This document shows positions 13,186 to 25,130 of a stretch of DNA of 64,000 bases, piece by piece. The stretch's first letter is position 1. The number at the start of each line of letters is the position of its first letter. The notes beneath the pieces are model-generated. The model was not told the origin of the DNA. It saw only the letters and a list, made by a program, of their open reading frames with translations, and searched no databases. A program made the position numbers and the translations under genes. Where the stretch lies: assembly GCF_016432865.1 (NCBI RefSeq), contig NC_067398.1, positions 492,404,001 through 492,468,000 on the forward strand. Reading direction: 5' to 3'. The stretch comes from Antechinus flavipes. Its lineage: Eukaryota.

Positions 13186-13505
13186 GTAAGCACTTTTCTT
13201 TGGGTACATGACCCTGACAGAGGACAGTACAGAAAGGTGTCTAAACTGCAGAGTGAGTACCTCTTATGCTACGATTTAAGACATAGACTTGAGAGAGACA
13301 GAGACACCAATAGAATTATTTCCACAGCTGGGTTTTACAGTCTGAAGTAGTGCTTCTGCCACGTTTACAGGATTTTTCCCCCCAGATGCTCTCCTAGAAT
13401 CACTCAGTTGCATTTATTATTCTGTCAAATACAATGTGCAATAAAGAGCCAGCTCCTGAGGATGGGTACCTGTGTTTGGAATTTGGTGTGGAAATGCATA
13501 AATCA

Positions 13506-13518
13506 CCACTGGAGGGCA
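13506..13518 (+). promoter_or_regulatory. CTCF-like motif (forward orientation)
   Basis: CCACTGGAGGGCA versus CCASYAGRKGGCR (1 mismatch). Confidence 0.35.
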
Positions 13519-13529
13519 AGACATATGTG

Positions 13530-13741
13530 NNNNNNNNNNNNNNNNNNNNNNNNNNNNNNNNNNNNNNNNNNNNNNNNNNNNNNNNNNNNNNNNNNNNNNN
13601 NNNNNNNNNNNNNNNNNNNNNNNNNNNNNNNNNNNNNNNNNNNNNNNNNNNNNNNNNNNNNNNNNNNNNNNNNNNNNNNNNNNNNNNNNNNNNNNNNNNN
13701 NNNNNNNNNNNNNNNNNNNNNNNNNNNNNNNNNNNNNNNNN
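13530..13741. other. Assembly gap (212 N)
   Basis: N run. Confidence 1.
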
Positions 13742-15834
13742 AAACTAATGGCATTGACTGAATTGTGATTTATTACTCTAAAACTTTGCCATTAGGAAAG
13801 GAAATCTTACAAAACCTTTTTATGTTTACCTAACTTTTCTTCTCCTCCTAAAAGCTGCCACTCATCTCCCCCTCCCCCTTGGTAACAAGAAGAAAATAGC
13901 TCCAAGATGCTGCAACAATTCTCCCTGTCAATGCTTTTCTCAACCTGAAGAAGCAGGAGGTGGGTTCATTTAAAGGGTTTAATGAAGATCATTATGTTTA
14001 CCCCTTAGTAAGGCTTAATGCATTATCTGGCAACAAGGCCTAAGCCACGTCAGAATTTTGGCTGCAAATCAAGCAACAAGGAATAAAAACATTGTTTGTT
14101 AAACTATATAGTAGGAATAAAAAATCAGGCTAGGGATGGTATTTTGGCCCAGGGTCCTGCATCAGGCCAGGGAAGAACCCGAGAGTAGTTGATCTGGCTG
14201 TGAATGAATACTTCTCCAGCTGGGAACAAATCACGTTGTGCGTAAACTTCACATACATCATTCTGTTTCCAAGAGGTTTTCCCCCTTTATTGAAAACTTT
14301 TTTAAAAATTAGACATGATGTGGGGGAAAAGAACTATCTGAAGAAAACCACAATCTGGTTTTATGACCTATTGATCAGATGGGTATACGAAAAGAGCACC
14401 ATGGATCCATCTTGGGATCAAAGGACCTTAGAAAAACTTATATCCTTGTTTGTTATATACATTGTTTGTAAAAATTTATGTGCAATGTCCATGCACACAT
14501 AGATTTCTATATATTTTTTGTCATGGATTGCTATGGTCAAAAATTTAGTCAGTAAATGGTCAGCAGCTCTACAATGGATGGACTTTCTATGGCCAATTTA
14601 TGAAAGGTTGCTGTAGACAGCGCTTATTGGGTGGGAAGACATGAATGAGTTGTATTCAGTATCCCTGGAGAAAACTTTCAAATTGATGGGATCACAGATC
14701 CTTTGAGTGTATATGTATGCATATAGATGACCTCAGTTATAGTCATGTACATGAACATAATCTAGAACTGATTTCAAATGTGTGGAGAATTCCCAGTATG
14801 GAAACTCCTTCCACTGATACAGATTGGTGCATATTGCACTTAGAGAACTGCCTGAGGCACTGAGAGGTTCAGTGATTTGTCCCTGATCATAAAGTTAATT
14901 GTTATTAGAGGCAAGACTTGACTTAATTCACAACCCTCCTTATTCTAAGGAAAGGTATCTCTATATACGTGACTGTGCTGATTTTATTAAATTAATTAAT
15001 TAGAGATTAAATGATGAATAATCTGATTATCATTGATATAGACACTAAAAGCAGGGATAGGACTGGAGAATGTTCAAATGGGCTTCATATTTCCTTATGT
15101 TGGGATTTTAATTGACTATGTCTTAGACAAGCTGATGGATACTCTGTAGTTAATGTCCTTGGCAAAGATTTCATTAGGAAAATTCCTAGGAATTGCTGGT
15201 TAATGTGCACAAACAGCAGAATCACTGCCCCTCATCTAAATGGAAACCCAAACTCAATCATCTCAAGAATACCCACATTTCTACCTTCTCTACCCAAGGA
15301 AATGGCAGCTTATTTGGAGCATTATCTGGTCTCTGATTTTAGTGTGCATATTAACCACTTAATTTATACATTATCCGCAATTTGATTCTTACCAATAGCA
15401 TGTGTATTCAAACTTTAATTGGAGCAGTCTTCATAACTCTTCACTATCACCCTTACAGATGATGTAGAATCGAAAAACAAGGATTGTCAAAGGAACTTTC
15501 CCCATAATTCGCTGAAAATGCAGTTCTGTCACTTTCAGAGGGAGATGTATACTTAGTATACTATTTTCCCCACTTTTAGCAATTTGCCATCTAAAAAAGG
15601 TTTTCATGAGTCTTTATGAATAAATAAAACCATGTAGCTTGAAGAAGTAGATTAATTCATCTAGATACTCTAAATACCCAGTAGAAATGACAACAGGGAA
15701 TCGTGACATCTTTAAAGAACTAGTTTGAACAATAGTAGTTTCTTAAGATAGATTCCCAGGATGAGTAGGTAATCACCAGAGAAACTTCTTAAGGTTTATA
15801 GTGGTGTTCCAAATAGTTTGAAAGTCAGTAGTTT

Positions 15835-15938
15835 GGAGAGGAGAAAAGAAAGAAAGATAAAGAAAAAGAAAGAGAGAGGAAAAAGGAGGAACAAGAAAGA
15901 AGAAAAGAAAGAAAGCAAAAGGAAGAAAGAGAAAGAAA
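15835..15938 (+). repeat. Near-pure polypurine tract
   Basis: ggagaggagaaaagaaagaaagataaagaaaaagaaagagagagg...; about 100 bp with very few pyrimidines. Confidence 0.9.
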
Positions 15939-15969
15939 CTTTGACATTGAGATGCAATTTGTGGCAAGA

Positions 15970-16205
15970 NNNNNNNNNNNNNNNNNNNNNNNNNNNNNNN
16001 NNNNNNNNNNNNNNNNNNNNNNNNNNNNNNNNNNNNNNNNNNNNNNNNNNNNNNNNNNNNNNNNNNNNNNNNNNNNNNNNNNNNNNNNNNNNNNNNNNNN
16101 NNNNNNNNNNNNNNNNNNNNNNNNNNNNNNNNNNNNNNNNNNNNNNNNNNNNNNNNNNNNNNNNNNNNNNNNNNNNNNNNNNNNNNNNNNNNNNNNNNNN
16201 NNNNN
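15970..16205. other. Assembly gap (236 N)
   Basis: N run. Confidence 1.
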
Positions 16206-17376
16206 ATTCTAGCTGAAGAGAAACACCCAGATCGAGTTGAAAGCAACTTTGAGATAATTCTTCAAAATTGATTTTGGCACCAGTTAAAGTGGAAGAATAA
16301 GGGATGATGACTCTCTCCTTTAACTGTCCCCGCCTAGTCAATGTTATGCTTTTCTACAGCATGATGGGGACAAAGCCCATAGCATGATCTCCTTCCCATA
16401 CTCCTCTCTCTAGTAGAAATGTTCAAACTTGGCTCAGCCAAAGGCTGTAGGGGCAACTTGCTGAGAATTTCCTAGATCTATTGGATTTGCATATGATAGA
16501 ACAGACCCTGCTGCCACCTTCTTATTAATTAGCTTGGGTTGCTAGGGCACTGAGATGATAAAAAACACCATGTCATGGCTCCATATTGTTGGTAATATGC
16601 ATGGGAAAGCATTGCAAGATCAAGAGGATATCATACTGACCCCCAAGTTTTCAATAATAAGAGTTATGTTTTTTAAAAATCTGTTATGCTGATAATTTTG
16701 GAAGAACTTGGAATTTGGAATTGGAAGGGTTCTTTGAAGCCTTCTAGTACAATACCCTTGTAACCCCTTTCCCCATTCCCTACTATTTTACAGATGAGGA
16801 AAGTAAGACTGAGAAAGGTGAACTGATTTGTCAGAGACGGCAGGAGGCAGACTTGGGAGAGACCTTTCTCCTCCATGTGCTTATAACATGAATATGCATT
16901 TCTTTAACACATTTCTGTGGGGTTCTAAGTATCTTTGTCAGTGTTATTAATTTGTGATCTCTTAGACTGAACCTCTTTAACTTACTAGCCTAGCTCAGTA
17001 GCACATGTGCATAAGCATTTTATAAATCTTTTCATGATGAGGTTTTGAGCTCTATATGGCTTCTAGGCTACTACCTAGGAATCCTGGCACATCTATCCAA
17101 ACAGTGCGTAATGTGTCAAGAAATGAAATAAAAATCTTGTTTGTGCCAAAGTCTAGACTTTGAAGTCTATTTTAAAGCATGGGTCTTAAAACACTATTTT
17201 TGCTTAAAAAAAATTTCCTAAGGATAAAATAGAAAATAGTGTATGTTGGAGGTGTGGGAAAAAGAAAAGGTACTGTGCCATGCATGTTTTTTGTTTTTGT
17301 TTTTTTTTTTTTTTCCCTAAATTACAAGATCTCCAGCTTGATTGGTCAAAGATAATCTGTTTGTATTCTGCCTTGT

Positions 17377-17642
17377 GGGGCAGCTAGATGATGCAGTGGA
17401 TAGAATTCTGGCCCTGAAGTCAGGAAGATTTATATAAATTCAAATATGTTTTTGGACTTTTAGTAGTTATATGATCCTGGGAAAGTCGCTTAATCTTGTT
17501 TACCTCAGTTTCCCTATCTGTAAACTGAGCTGGAGAAGGAAATAGAAACCATTCCAGTATCTTTGCCAAGAAAAGCCCAAAGGGTTCATAAAAACTTGGA
17601 CATGACTAAAAATGACTGAACAGCAGCAACAATGACAACAAC
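17377..17642 (+). mobile_element. MAR1-type marsupial CORE-SINE with RTE-like tail
   Basis: ggggcagctagatgatgcagtggatag head, CORE, ctggagaaggaaat...ttgccaagaaaa tail ending in (caa)n; attctgcct on both flanks is TSD-like. Confidence 0.85.
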
Positions 17643-17898
17643 ATTCTGCCTCTGAAGGACTCTGTGGATTCTTGGTTTGGTCCCCATGTCCTTAGAACCA
17701 AGGTAAAAGAATAAAGAACAAGAGTGTGGAAAAGAAGAAAGGGAGATTCTTTCAAGTTTGCCTTAGACAATGCCCCTAAAGTAACAAATCTATTTGGACA
17801 GTCCTAGTTGAATAACGTATTGTGTGAAAATTAGTTTCACAAGGCAGAGGAGTCAGTTATAAGTTTATACTAGTTAATCCATAAAGTTAGTTACAGTT

Positions 17899-18020
17899 AT
17901 TTGATTCTGTAAAATGTAATCTCTCCAGTGTTCTGTTTTTCTGATTTTCATATCATAGTATGGAGATGACCCTGGATTATGGAGATGGAATGAAAATTCT
18001 TATATCTTATATGCTGGAAA
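17899..18020 (+). repeat. Donor copy of a 122-bp locally duplicated segment
   Basis: Near-identical to 19087-19210. Confidence 0.95.
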
Positions 18021-18321
18021 AACTTTGGATGTGGTTCCAACCAGCAAACTATGCAATTTCTGAGGAACAGCATAGAGAGGCTTATCATATATGTATTGGT
18101 CACTTGGAGATGATTTCTTTGGTCATGGAAACCTATGAAATAGAGTCCAAGTTGAAGAGGAATTCCCTGTAGATGTTCTTTGTTAGGAGATTATGTTGTG
18201 CCAATCATATCAAGCCTTGAACACTGCAGAGCCTCCTAAATGACATCCATAACTATTCAGAAATATAGTGTAATTATCCATATAGGAAAAACCAATTGGA
18301 TGAAATTTCTATTTTCTAGAT

Positions 18322-18506
18322 CAGGAATTCTTAACTATTTTTGTGTCTTTTACTCTTTGGCAGTTTGGAAAAATCTATGGGATGCCTTTTCAGAATGTTT
18401 TAAATATATAAGATAAAATATATAGAGTTACAGAGGAAATCAATGATATTGAAATACAATTATAAATTTAAAAAAATTTCAGGGATCTCAATTGAAGAAC
18501 TCCTAG
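18322..18506 (+). mobile_element. hAT-Charlie type MITE
   Basis: Preceded by ttctagat; starts caggaattcttaac, ends gaagaactcctag; same family as copies at 38.2, 48.8 and 55.7 kb. Confidence 0.75.
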
Positions 18507-19039
18507 GTGTTGATGAAGTTGAATAACTAGTAGAACCCATCCATCAGTATATACCCACTGTATTTATGTACACATTACATATGTAACATAGAAATATAGC
18601 ATTTGTATATACAGATATATATGTATTTGTACATACATGCCTATATGTGCACAAATGTATGCACACATTTACACATTTGTGCATAGACATTTCTCTATCT
18701 CTTTATTTGTCTCTTTCAATCTCTTTTTGTCTCTCTCTGTCTCTTTCTCTCTCTGACAAATGCTGCAAATAGAAAATGAATTGGGGCCCAAATGAAGGAA
18801 GAAAGAGTGAACTTCATTCTCTTTGAAAAATTGTGTAGGTCTTTTAACAACATAAGTATCTTCTTGAAACATCTTTTCATTTTGGATAATTTTCTGATAT
18901 AGTATGGCTGCATCATAAGACATTAAAGTCTCTGAAAAACTAAAGTTGAGGATCACCAAACAACAACAGAGAAGTACAAGTAGACAAGAGCAGGATGAAA
19001 CACAGTATAAATGAGGAATTGCATTGAAGATGTGGCATA

Positions 19040-19972
19040 AAGAATATATTCTATAAACTACTTTCCAATTGATAAATGGTCAAAGGATTTGCTTCTGTAA
19101 AATGTAATCTCTCCAGTGTTCTGTTCTTCTGATAGATGCTTATCATAGTATGGAGATGACCCTGGATTATGGAGATGGAATGAAAATTCTTATATCTTAT
19201 ATGCTGGAAAGACTACTTTCTTTTTCTCAGATGAAGAAATTAAAACCACTTCTAGTCATATGAAAAAATGCTCTAAATCACTATTGATCAGAGAAATGCA
19301 AATTAAGACTACTCTGGGGTAGCACTACGCACTTCTTAGATTGGCTAAGATGACAGGAAAGGATAATGATAAATGTTGGAAGGGATGTGGGAAAACTGGG
19401 ACACTGTTACACTGTTAGTGCAGTTGTGAACTGATCCAACCATTCTGGAGAGCAATTTGGAATTATGCCCAAAGGGCTATAAAACTGTTCCTACCCTTTG
19501 ATCCAGCAGTGCTTCTACTGGGTCTATATGCCAAAAAGATCCTTAAAAAAGGAAAAAGAACCTTCTATAGCAGACCTTTTTGTAGTGGCAAGGAACTGGA
19601 AACTGAGTGGATGTCCATTAGTTGGGGAATGGCTAAATAAATTATAATATATGAATGTGTTGGAATATCATTGTTTTATAAGAAACAATCAACAGGATGA
19701 TTTCAGAAAGGCCTGGAGAGACTTGTGTTGTGCAGCATGATAAATGTGAAAATATGAATAGAAAATTTGTACATGTTTAACATATATTGGATTATTTGTT
19801 ATCTAGGGGAAAGGGTGGGGCAGGTTGGGAGAAAAATTTGCAACACAAGGTTTTGCAAGGGTGAATATTGAAAATTATTTTTGCATGTTTTTTAAAATAA
19901 CTTTTTATTGACAGACTTTGCATGTATTTTGAAGATAAAAAGCTATTATTTAAAAAAAAAATTAAGTGTTCT
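19040..19972 (+). mobile_element. 5'-truncated marsupial L1 (ORF2 end, 3' UTR, A tail), internally deleted and interrupted
   Basis: ccaattgataaatggtcaaaggat...cagatgaagaaattaaaacc...aaatcactattgatcagagaaatgcaaattaag...caacacaaggttttgcaagggtgaat...A tail. Confidence 0.9.
19087..19210 (+). repeat. Inserted copy of 17899-18020 inside the L1
   Basis: Interrupts the L1 between aaaggat and tcagatgaag. Confidence 0.9.
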
Positions 19973-20142
19973 ATCTGAAAGCTATATGACCAATAAAATA
20001 AAAAAGGATGATCACATAGTGAAAGTAAGTAAAAACCAATTGATAGACCAATGGACTCCATTGGTACCCATTAAATGTCAAGAGAATTAGATTTTCTGTG
20101 TGTCAGATGCACCACTGTGGAGGATAATGGGAGCACAAAGAA

Positions 20143-20320
20143 GCATGGCTTAGTATACAGAAGGCCAGATTTGTGAGGAAGACCTGGATTCAAATTTTGG
20201 CTATTTCATGTTGAACAAGGCATTTCTCAGTGCCCCAAACAAGTCTTTAAGAATAGAAGTTGATAAACAGCCTTAATTTAGAGAGTTCTAAATGCTAATG
20301 AAATAATGAATCCAGACCAA
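20143..20320 (+). mobile_element. Decayed WALLSI4-like CORE-SINE
   Basis: tRNA-like head followed by ctcagtgccccaaacaagtctttaagaatagaagttg...aatgaaat tail. Confidence 0.5.
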
Positions 20321-20399
20321 TTTTAAAAAATACATGGTAGAGTGGAGAGGCATAAATAAATTGTGATCTGTGTCATTATATGGCTTATTCCCATTGATG

Positions 20400-20870
20400 A
20401 TATCATCAATTCATCTAAGTAATGGGAAGGTTCCAAAGTGGATTAGCCTGTTTTGGGAGATGGTGGCTTTTCCCTCAAGGGATGTCTGCAGGCAGAACCT
20501 AGATGACCATTTGAGTATGTTATAGAGTTTGTTCTCAGTTGTTTCAGTTATGTTTCATTCTTCATAATCTCATTTTGAGTTTTCTTGTAAAAATCCTAGA
20601 AGAGTTTATCTTTTCCTTCTCTAGCTCATTTTACAGATGAGGAAACGGAGACACACTTACATGACTTGTCCAGGATCACACAACTACTAAGAGTGTGAGG
20701 AGAGATTTGAACTCAGAAAGAAGAGTCTTTCTTTATCTAAGCCCTGAACTCTATCTGATGTGCCACCTAGTTGCCCTGTGTTATAGTAGGGATTCTTTTT
20801 TTAGGTATGGGTTAAACTGCATAGATATTGGGATCCATTCCAACTATAAAATTTGGTGATTCTATTATTA
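20400..20870 (+). mobile_element. CR1/L3 3' end interrupted by a MAR1 SINE
   Basis: ttccaaagtggattagcctgttttgggagatggtggc...gcaggcagaacctagatgaccattt resembles the L3 3' end and resumes after the SINE. Confidence 0.65.
20526..20778 (-). mobile_element. MAR1-type SINE with 8-bp TSD tgttatag
   Basis: TSD at 20518-20525 and 20779-20786; antisense CORE cattttacagatgaggaaacggag; ends gccacctagttgccc. Confidence 0.85.
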
Positions 20871-21726
20871 TTGATTTTTATAAAGAAAGGTAGAATAGTG
20901 ACTTCCAATTACTAGAAATGCTCATGAGGAAAAAAAAAAGACAAGAAATTGTGAGTTTAGTCAGTTCAATGCAAATAGAATATCAGGTTTATATAGAATC
21001 AAGTAAAGTGCCACATTAGTGTTTTCCTGATAATAACAATAGCTCAGTATTTATATAGAATTTTATGGGTGATAAAACACTTTCCTCACAACATCCTTGT
21101 TGAGTTTGATAGTACATATATTACCCCCATTTCATAGACGGGGGTTTAGAAAAGCTAAGTAGATAGTCCATAGTTAACAAATGACAGATACTTCTAATTT
21201 TGAGTCTAATATTATTTCTACTATGTCTCATCATCTCTGGATGAGCTAAGGTAGTATATGTGGCCAGGCTGGACAATTCAAAGAAAAATCCTAGCTAGAG
21301 TCAGGACTTTATAGCCTGGCTGTTTGCAATTGCTTGGATCTCCAAATAATTGTTAGTGTTTTGCTTCAGTTTGTGTTGGGAAGACCTGGCCAAATATTTT
21401 TCCTTTGGGGAGATTCAACATCAAAATGGCACCATTAAAAGAACTATCATCTACACCTGAGTTCCTGGATTAAAATTTCATTAGGAAAGTGTATCCATTC
21501 TTCCCTCCCAATTTTCTTTCTTTCTCTCCCCACTCCTCCCCCCCCCCCAATCTCTTCATCATGAACTCACATAAGCTTGTCTCTTACTCCTACTTTCCCC
21601 CAAAATAATTAGTCTAGGTTGTGTTTTTCCCATAGCTGTATTTGCTCAGGAAGTTTAATTCTCATGAGATCTCGAATCCCTGACCCATGATATTAAGCAT
21701 TATTTTAGGTTATCAAACCTCCACAG

Positions 21727-21794
21727 CAAATGTTAGCTTTAGCAAACATGAGGAGCAGGCGCAGTTGGTAAACAGCAGTCAACTTGTGAGCATG
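21727..21794 (+). CDS. Candidate 68-nt exon (phase 1-0): xNVSFSKHEEQAQLVNSSQLVSM
   Basis: Acceptor aacctccacag, donor ATG|gtgagt, only one open frame, non-repetitive; protein not recognised. Confidence 0.3.
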
Positions 21795-22924
21795 GTGAGT
21801 TTAAATCTTTAGCAAACAATTTCCTACAGCTCTCATCAAAATTAACATGCGATCAGAGGCTAAGTCTACAAGCATCCCCACTGGACATGCTGATGTTCCA
21901 CTGAGTGTTAGTTTTATGGTCAAAGTTATAAACATTTCTTGGTGTCTTGTCATTTTTCTCTTTATGTCAACCCAAGCCCATTTTGTGAATTTCTGATGAA
22001 AATGGTCCCACTCAGAGGGGGTAGTATCACAACAAAACAAAAACAGCAGGATAAAGCATGATGAAGGTGCTATACCATTCCTTATTTCCTGAGGCCATAT
22101 CAGTTTGGAGGATGCCATGTCTTTACTGGGGTAGGTATAAAGGATCTAAATCAGTTTCATTTTAGGAAGTCAGGCCAAAGTCAATCCTGGTCCAAGATAA
22201 CTCATGGTAGTCTGGGGCAGTGGGATAAAGTAGAAAGGTGACCAAACATCCAGTTTTCTAAAAACCTTCTCTGTTATTAACTAGGTACATGACTTTAGAT
22301 AAGTCACTTAGACTGGCTGAGCTTTAATTTCCTTATCTGTTAAATTTAGGTGTCAGTTCAATGATTTCTAAGATTCTTCTTCCGTATATAGTGCAATCTA
22401 CTGTCATATTGGAGCTGTGCATTCTCTCTATAATGGAAGGAATATTTGGGTTTGATAACATGGACATGCTCTCAGATGGGCGTTAATGAAATTCAAATTA
22501 GAGTATGGCTTCCTAGGAATCCTCTAGAACAGAGATAATCAAGGATTAAGCAAAAAACCCTTAATGTTTCCAGAGCTTAATCAAACAGCACTAGGAGCAT
22601 TCTTCACTTCAGGACTCACCTAGAAGAGAGGTTTTGCTTAAAAGATAATTAATTCACAAGTCTTCTGGCTGAAGAAGCCATTGCCAAAATGTGTAGTCAT
22701 ACTAATAGATTTAAAGTTGAAAAGAACCTCATTTAGTCCAACTACTTCAACAGTTCCAGAGCTTCCTTTACTTCTGTTGACTGAAAAGTAGTTCACTTCA
22801 TTCTATATATAGTATGTAATTATTGACTTGTTCCCTCTTCTTTATGTTTTTTCATTTCTTCATTTCATTTTCCTCATGCCTGGTGTGAAATAATCCTATT
22901 TGTTTTTATTGTCTTTGATACACA

Positions 22925-22980
22925 TCCTTTCCTTCCTTCCCTCCCTTCCTCCCTCCCTTCCTCCCTCCCTCTTTACCTCC
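22925..22980 (+). repeat. (CCTT/CCCT)n pyrimidine tract abutting a gap
   Basis: Direct reading. Confidence 0.9.
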
Positions 22981-23181
22981 NNNNNNNNNNNNNNNNNNNN
23001 NNNNNNNNNNNNNNNNNNNNNNNNNNNNNNNNNNNNNNNNNNNNNNNNNNNNNNNNNNNNNNNNNNNNNNNNNNNNNNNNNNNNNNNNNNNNNNNNNNNN
23101 NNNNNNNNNNNNNNNNNNNNNNNNNNNNNNNNNNNNNNNNNNNNNNNNNNNNNNNNNNNNNNNNNNNNNNNNNNNNNNNNN
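22981..23181. other. Assembly gap (201 N)
   Basis: N run. Confidence 1.
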
Positions 23182-23194
23182 CAGTGGGCCACAG

Positions 23195-23236
23195 GAAGTA
23201 GAATCGATTAACTCCCTTCCCCGTTTTTTGGACCAG
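23195..23236 (+). CDS. Candidate exon (phase 0-0): EVESINSLPRFLDQ; true acceptor may lie in the gap
   Basis: Donor CAG|gtgagt; one frame is open from the gap edge (SGPQEVES...); 2 CpGs. Confidence 0.3.
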
Positions 23237-23289
23237 GTGAGTGGCCAGCAGAGATACCTGGTGATTAAATAGAACAATTCCCTCCCCCC

Positions 23290-23860
23290 CTTTTTTTTTT
23301 TACACATCAAGCTACTGAATCTATAGTTGATATTTTTTGGTTTTGCTTCACTTACACTTCTCAACATATTCTTCCTCACCCATCTCCCTACAGAGAACCC
23401 TCTCTTGTAACAATGTAACAATACTCAAAAAAATGAGTATATCAACCAAGTCCACTATTGTATGTAACAGTCTGCACTCCTCATTTCCCATCTTTGTAAA
23501 GAAGGGAATGAGGTACATCTTCTTTTTCTTCTTTGGGACAAAATTTGGTCATTTTAACTTCAGAGAATTACATTTTGATAGTTTGGATAGTTATTTCCAT
23601 CTACATAATTGTAGTCTTGTGAATATTGTTCTCCTTGTTCTGTTTATTTTACTTTGTGTCAGTTCATATGTCTTCTGGGCTTTTCTAAATTTTTCATATT
23701 CTTAATTTCTTATATTACAATAATAGCTCATTGTATTTCTGTAAAACAATTTGTTTAGCTATTCCACTTGATGGCCATTTACTTTGTTTCTAATTCTTTC
23801 CTGTAAGTATTTTATATAAGGGCCTGATCTTTTTGTTATTGACCTGTTAGAGGTATATGA
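23290..23860 (-). mobile_element. Old marsupial L1 3' region
   Basis: T tail then ...attgtagtcttgtgaatattgttctccttgttctgtttattttactttgtgtcagttcatatg. Confidence 0.75.
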
Positions 23861-24134
23861 CTAGCCTAACTTTATGAATTAAAAGATGTGGATATTTTAA
23901 CTAATTTATTAACATAACAAATTAAGTTTTGGAATAATGGGTTGTCAAAAACAGAGATCATCTCTTTGTGTAGTCTTAGGCAAATCATTCTCTGAATCTT
24001 AGTTTCTTCATCTGTCAAGTAAAGGTGGTAATTCAGCTATGTTCTAAACTTCCTTTCAGTATTTTGTATAATGAAAAAAATTGTTTATTTTCTATTTGCA
24101 TGCATTTATAAATTGAAAATAATAATGCCAAATA

Positions 24135-25130
24135 TCAAGAAATCAACATTTATTAGCATTTACTATGCATCAGGCACTGTGCTAGCTGTTGGGAATAAAA
24201 AGACAAAATTGTAATAATTCTGTGCCCTCCAGGGGCTTATAATCTTTTGGGGATTTAAGTACATACAAAATATATACAATATAAAAACAAAATCTTTTTT
24301 TTTTCCCCAGGGGAAGCACTAACAGCCAGGGAATCTGAAAAAGTCTTGAGAAGGTAGAGCTAAGGATGAGTTTTGAACAAAGCATGAATTCTAAGAGGCA
24401 GTGGTAAGGAAGGAGTGTATTCTAGTCTTGGAGAAGAGGCTGTATAGAGGCATAGGGATACAGAATGTTACATAAATAAAAGCAAAAGTAAGCACTTTGT
24501 GTAATTATGTGAAGGAAAGTAATATTTAACAGAGTTAGAAAAGTATGTTGAGTCCAGGTATTGAGGGGTTTAAAAGTCAAAGAAAGGAGTTTTGTATTTG
24601 GTCTTAGAGATGTATGATAGGGCAGCTAGATTATATAATGGATAGGGTGCCAGAGCTGGAGACTCATTTTTCTGAGTTCAAATCTAACCTTAGACACACT
24701 ACCTGTGTGATCTTGGGCAAGCCATTTAACCCTGTTTGCCTCAATTCCTTATCTTTAAAATGATCTAGAGAAGGAAGTAGAAAAATTCAATATTTTTGCA
24801 AAGAAAACCATAGAGAATAAGACATGACTGAATAGTAACAAAAACAACAACAACAAAAGATAAATAAGATACTATGTTGGTAGGGTTAGCAAGACTTGGC
24901 AATTGGTTGGATTTATGGAGTAAGGAAGAGTGAGGAAATAAGCATGATTCCAGGGTTTCAACTCTGGGCTGAAAAGATGGCGTAAGCGTTGAAATAGGAA
25001 AATTGTAGAGAGGACCTGGATTGGGAGGAAAGGTAATGAGTTTTGATTTTGACATATCTGGGATACTTAGATTTAAATAAGTATCTATGGGACAACTTGT
25101 TTGAAATACGTAAATGGAAGTTGATCATAG
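24135..25130 (-). mobile_element. L2 3' portion with a nested plus-strand MAR1 SINE (~24620-24857)
   Basis: aacatttattagcatttactatgcatcaggcactgtgctag...; the SINE has a gggcagctag head and caacaac tail. Confidence 0.75.

Noticed and set aside
22057-22092. ATGATGA...CTGA as a C/D box snoRNA
   Set aside because: Only ~35 nt between the boxes and no terminal stem.
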